Assembly: GCA_030295235.1 (NCBI GenBank)
Contig: AP026172.1
Span: forward strand, 744,001-808,000
Direction of reading: 5' to 3'
Length of the DNA: 64,000 nucleotides
Source: Fistulifera solaris
Taxonomy: Eukaryota
Both the position numbers and the translations under genes were made by a program. Within the stretch, counting starts at the first letter, position 1. Each line of letters opens with the position of its first letter. The notes below the pieces were generated by a model that saw nothing but the letters and a program-made list of their open reading frames with translations, made no database searches and was not told where the DNA came from. This document shows, in pieces, positions 59,066 to 64,000 of the stretch.

Positions 59066-59993
59066 ATGCGACGTCAAGCAATAATAAGTCTCTTTTTTCT
59101 GGGGACATTTTCGTCCATTCACGCCTTTGTCGTCGGCATTATGACAAAGAGTCCAATTTCTTCTTCTTTTTCTTCTTCTTCGTCTTCAAGTCATTTTCCC
59201 CGAACGAATGCCGTTCCGTTATTATTCTTGTCCGCCATTGGTGAAGGGGATACTGTCGTTGTGGTGGGTGGTTCTGGTGGTGTCGGTCAATTGGTGTCTC
59301 GCAAATTGGCACAAGCCGGTTATTTCGTGCGTGTCACATCACGGAATAATCCATCTACAACCGACACGAATCCGAACCTAACCTCCACAAAATTGGATCT
59401 CGTGAAAGGGAGTGATCAAGAATTGCAACAAGCCATCCAAGGAGCCGCGGCATTGGTGATTTCAGTTGGGACGACCGCCTTTCCTACCCTGAAATGGAAG
59501 GGAGGAAATACACCGCAAGCGATTGATGATATCGCGGTCACACGATTGGCGTACGCGGCGTCGGCCCTTCAATCACTCAAACGAATCGTGCTCGTGACCA
59601 GTATTGGAGTGGATCGGACCGATCAAATGCCTTTTTCATATTGAATTTGTTCGGAGTACTGGATGCCAAGAAAAGGGTGAAGAGGCCGTCCGAAAGGCGG
59701 CCAACGAGAATATAGATTATGCCATTATTCGACCGGGACGACTCATTGGTGGACCGTTTACCAATTTGGATGTTGCCAAATTATTGCAATTGAAAGGTGG
59801 AGCCGAAAATGGTGTCACGGTAGCAGCGGGCGATGTCTTATTGGGAGATTGCAAACGAGATGCCTGTGCCGAAGCCATTGTACAATGTTTAACTAACGCG
59901 GCTTGTTCCAATGTTGAATTTTCGATCGTATCGAATGAAAACGAAACGGCGTGGAGTGTCGAACAATGGACGAGTGCGTTTCAACGTATGTGA
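59066..59993 (+). CDS. Plastid-targeted NAD(P)-binding Rossmann protein (atypical SDR, NmrA/Tic62-like); frame break near 59635
   Basis: Presequence ...FSSIHA|FVV; VVVGGSGGVG, GTTAFPT, LVTSIG, YAIIRPGRL, GDCKRDACAEA. Confidence 0.88.
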
Positions 59994-60054
59994 GACTCTT
60001 TGAATTTTACATTAACTTCAACTAGAGTCTATTTCTACAACAACAATCTGTACT

Positions 60055-62640
60055 TTACCGAAACGATCGATGCACTGTGATCCGTGTGGAACTTCCCGCA
60101 TCGTTAGGTCGACGTCCATTGTTCAGTCGGGCCAATGGATTCGTCGTACTTGTCAGATTGCCGCTACCACCATTCGACAATTGACTGGGCAGTGTGGCAT
60201 TGTTGTTGGATGGAGACGTGAACAATGGCGGAACTGACCGGACCGGACGATTATTATTATGATTATTATTGACCACAATTTCACTCGTCGTCTGTTGAAG
60301 TTGCCGAAACGCCCGACCCTTGGACAACGCTGTACGTTGTTGCTCGGTGACATGATCGTATCGCTGCAACAGATTCTCCATGTCGAGCCCCTTGCCTCCT
60401 ACAATGCTAGGAAGCGTCACGTCGTCAGTCACCGGACGGAGACCCAAATTTTCTCGTAGATTACAGACAGCGGTGAGTCTTTCATTCAGCAGCCGAAATG
60501 CATCTCCCTGGGGTAAACACATCAAGATTCCGTATATACTTTTGAGTAATGGTGCATGGTACGGTGCTTCGACATCCAATAGTTGAATGCGCAAATGAAC
60601 AAAGATGGGTGACTCGAGAAGAAAGACGAGCTTGTCGAGTTGCATGAGAAAGCCAACGGTGACATCTTCCATCAAAGAGAACCGTTTCACAAGTGCAAAA
60701 GAAAGATCGTAGGCTTGCGCCAAAAGACAAAGTGAAAATGTCGCCACCGGATTGTGGCACCAACAACGAAAGAGAGTGGCAAACACATTGGCACTCTCGA
60801 TATCGACATTCCCTTTCTCAAAACTGCGTGCCAACGACGAACGAAGGTCATGTAATTCCGACGCCGTCAATAAGATTAGATTCAAGGTTTGTACCATAGT
60901 GCCAGTAAATTGCATAGTCGTTTCCACTTGTGCTTCATCTTGTCCTTCCAGTTTCTCGTACGAAGCTAGCGTATCAGCCATGCGAATGTAGACGGTTTTG
61001 GCGTTCAAGAGAACGCACAATTTTCGAATAATCAACGATCCTCTTGTTTCCAATAACTGTTTATCTTGTGCAAACAGATCCAGAATGGCATTGAGTACCA
61101 ATTGAAATTGGGCCTCTTCCGTTTCCCGCTTCCCCAGATTGGGCCGATGCGCGAGCGAGATCCGTGACAGTACCTGCAAATCCAACAATATCACGGCATC
61201 ACTCGGATCCGAAAGAGTCCTTAACAGGACGGGAAGGATACTTTCGACAAATTGGTCCATATCCGATTTTCGTTTCTCCATGAGCATATTGATCCACCGC
61301 AGCGATGCCATTTTGGTGGGAACATCTTCTTTTCGAGTAACTCCTTCGTCAATGTATCGAGTAAGGGCGGCAATTCGAACGTCCCCTGTGTATCCCGCAC
61401 CAAGGCAAGTAAATCATCGTTCGCTCGCTCCGCCACCAATCGAATTTCTTTTTCGTGATCAGAAATACAACACAAGATGGCCCGCAAAATTGTTCCATGA
61501 AAGGGCAACAAGGCATCTCCACCCGAATACGGATGATGAATGAGTTCTGCCATCCACGTAATGGCCGTCAAACGATTCAATCGTTCTTTCGACAAGCATT
61601 GTTGGTCCAAAATGGCAATGAGTGGTCCAAGTTCCACGACGGTACTGACCGACAATTCGCGCAAAATTCCGACAATGCCGCATCGGCCGCTTGTCGGATT
61701 TCGAGATTGGAATCGGACAGCATATGAAACAAACCATCGAGGAATTCGCGCAAATACGTCAACATGGAAATATCGGGTAACGAATCCAACAATGTGATCC
61801 ATCCCACCATAAGTTGTCGAATGTATGGATTGGTGCGTCGGATATAATTTTGCAAGATGGGTAAAAGGACTCCATAGAAAATTGTTCTGCTTCGATGACA
61901 ATATCTTTGATCAACCGATCCAACAAATGTGCCCCATTTTTGACATCGACATCCACATCGGCATACAATTTGGTCAATCCTGCAAAGAGGGCGGGAAAAT
62001 CCGACAAGATCGCACCCCGACTCACTTTGGCAATATTATAAAGACTTTCACAGGCATAATAGCGCACCCGTGCTTCGGGATCGTCGAGACAATGTAAAAC
62101 AGGGGGCAGTAATTGGGGCAAATACTGGGCCGTTTGTTGCAACAAGCCAATGGCGGTGGCCGCCAATCCCATCAATCCTCCCTTGCGATAATTGGAATTC
62201 ATGCTGGTACAGAAATCTTTGGCCAGTATTTGTATAATACTATCAATGAGTGTGGTATTTTCCGGTAACGTCTTGATGAGGGCTTCCAATTCCATGGCGG
62301 CATTTTTTCGTTTTTCGTTGGAGCGATCACCCAAGCCGCGTTGCAACAGTGGTGGTAAGGGTGATTCGAGGGATATTTGGAGTGTTTGTTGTTGTTGTTG
62401 TAGTTGTTGTTGTTGTTGACTGAATGTCGTAGGAATCATTTGATTGGTGACCAAAGCCGCTGCGCCATGGGGTTGATGCAATCGACTTTCGTTGCCACTC
62501 GTTGGACGACGCAAACGAGGATGATTTGGCCGTGGAGGAGCATTATTATTATGATTATTATTACTATTAGTATTTCGTGAATTGTTGCTGATTCTTCGGG
62601 AAGCTTCTTCTTCGTTGTTGATGGATCCTATACGACTCAT
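60055..62640 (-). CDS. VAC14: VAC14 scaffold of the PIKfyve/Fab1 complex; several frame breaks
   Basis: NYRKGGLMGLAATAIGL, RVRYYACESLYNIAKV, RLTAITW, LLETRGSLIIRKLC, WCHNPVATFSLCLLAQAY, LLESPIFVHLRIQLL, MCLPQGDAF. Confidence 0.95.
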
Positions 62641-63361
62641 TGTGTGTGTCCGTATGTATATAGTATCGTAGTTGAAGGCAATACCTGGTTATGATTTCCA
62701 ACGAAAGCATAGAAACGATGCTGTTATTGTTGTCGTCGTGTTGTCGTTTCGTTCATGTTTCGCAATGCCAATGTGATGTGCGCCTTGCGCCTTGCGCCTT
62801 ATTTTTGATGATTTTCTTCTTTGTACTTCACGACAAACACTCATGAACAAAGCGCGTTTCATAGTTAATACAAAATACCACTTCACGATAAGTACGTTTT
62901 GTACTATCATGTACAAACTAACTTAATGAAATCAAATCGAAAGAAAATTCATTCATGACTAAAATGCAGTCGTGGATAAGTTAAAAAAGACAATTTGGCC
63001 CTATAGTGAGAACTGTAGTCGTTGATTTGCAATGCATTCAACATTATGGACTGATGCTTGTATTCAAAGGCTACGAGAAAGGTATTGCATTGTGATAGTA
63101 ACAAATAAGGCCTCTACTCCGGAGTAAATAAATGAACAAGAGCCTGATGCGGTCTGTCCATGCTTCCTTACATTTTCTGCAACGGAGACAGCGAAAGAGG
63201 CGCAGGGGAAAAAAAAAACAACGTTTTGCTTGCGTCTCTTTGTGATTCTCTACCTGGTAAACTCCTAACTTTTTCCTTTCATCATCCTCTCTGCACAAAA
63301 TAAAGACAACAACATTCTTTTTATATATTATATATACGTATATCTATTATTATTATTATTG

Positions 63362-64000
63362 ATGGACCGCCAAAATCGTGTCGGATCCAAATTCGGGGGC
63401 GGCGGAGTTAGTTCCGCGCAACAATCCGAACGCGAACGCAAAGAACGTCTCAAAAGTTGGCTCTCGAATCCATTGATCTCGCCAAAGATCCGTACCTTGT
63501 CAAAAATCATCTGGGATCGTATGAATGTAAATTGTGTTTGACCTTGCATCGCGATGAAGCGAATTATTTGGCACATACGCAGGGCAAGAAACATCAACAA
63601 GGATTGGGCCGGAGAGCGTATTTGGACAAATTGAAAGAACAGCAACAGCAACAGGCGTCGTCAACAATCACACAAACCACCAGCACCAGCACTATACTTC
63701 CCAGTCGCCCGAAATTACGCATCGGCCGTCCCGCCTATCAAGTCTTTAAAAGTCGGGACGCGGATACGAATCAACGGTGTTTGTCGTTTGAATTGCATTA
63801 TCCCGAATTGGGGGACGAATGGCAACCCCGTCATCGTTTCATGAGTGCGTTTGAACAAAAATAGATCGGCCACCCGATCGGCGTTATCAGTATTTGTTGT
63901 TTGCGGCAGGTGATTACGAGACGGTGGCCTTTCGGATTCCGAATGAACCCTTGGATAAGGATCACGAGAAATTTGTGACGCATTGGGACGGAGTTTCCAA
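63362..64000 (+). CDS. SF3A2: Splicing factor SF3a subunit 2 (Prp11); continues beyond the window; frame breaks
   Basis: MDRQNRVGSKFGGGG, KDPYLVKNHLGSYECKLCLTLHRDEANYLAHTQGKKHQ, IGRPAY, PRHRFMSAFEQK. Confidence 0.96.

Noticed and set aside
4082..63651. Numerous antisense and overlapping ORFs in the track
   Set aside because: Shadow frames of the identified genes, with no independent motifs.
6122..64000. Frameshifts in TRPC4AP, ABC1, LPA1-like, bHLH-PAS, POLA2, SMC2, VAC14, SF3A2 and others as pseudogenisation or programmed frameshifting
   Set aside because: They affect essential, otherwise well-conserved genes, are mostly single-base losses often in short homopolymers, and the twin LTRs show the same 1-bp indel pattern. 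Long-read consensus error is the simplest explanation.

Overview
Gene-dense eukaryotic nuclear DNA, most likely from a pennate diatom. This is inferred from short GT-AG introns, several signal peptide + F/W bipartite plastid presequences, a diatom-type bHLH-PAS gene and a CoDi-like copia element. The window holds about 28 protein genes, including TRPC4AP-like, ABC1 kinase, plastid transaldolase, LPA1-like, bHLH-PAS, ERO1-like, gamma-CA-like, CKS1, RPS7, POLA2, TruB, SMC2, VAC14 and SF3A2, plus one tRNA-Lys(UUU). Two transposons are present. The first is the right part of a Mutator-like element (SWIM finger, CCHC knuckle, SPAT repeats, Ulp1 SUMO-protease domain, structured subterminal repeats; 1-~3720). 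The second is a full-length, young Ty1/copia LTR retrotransposon (51817-58899) with non-canonical TG...GA ends, a 5-bp TSD and a half-tRNA-type PBS. Single-base frameshifts occur even in essential genes and most likely reflect long-read assembly error, so many ORF-track fragments belong to single genes. The most notable candidates are an ERO1 homologue with a plastid-type presequence, the Ulp1-carrying MULE, the copia termini and its gag-pol insert, a CaaX-tailed VOC enzyme, and a TACCTGGTA motif recurring in divergent promoters. All family assignments come from motif recognition by eye; no database search was run.
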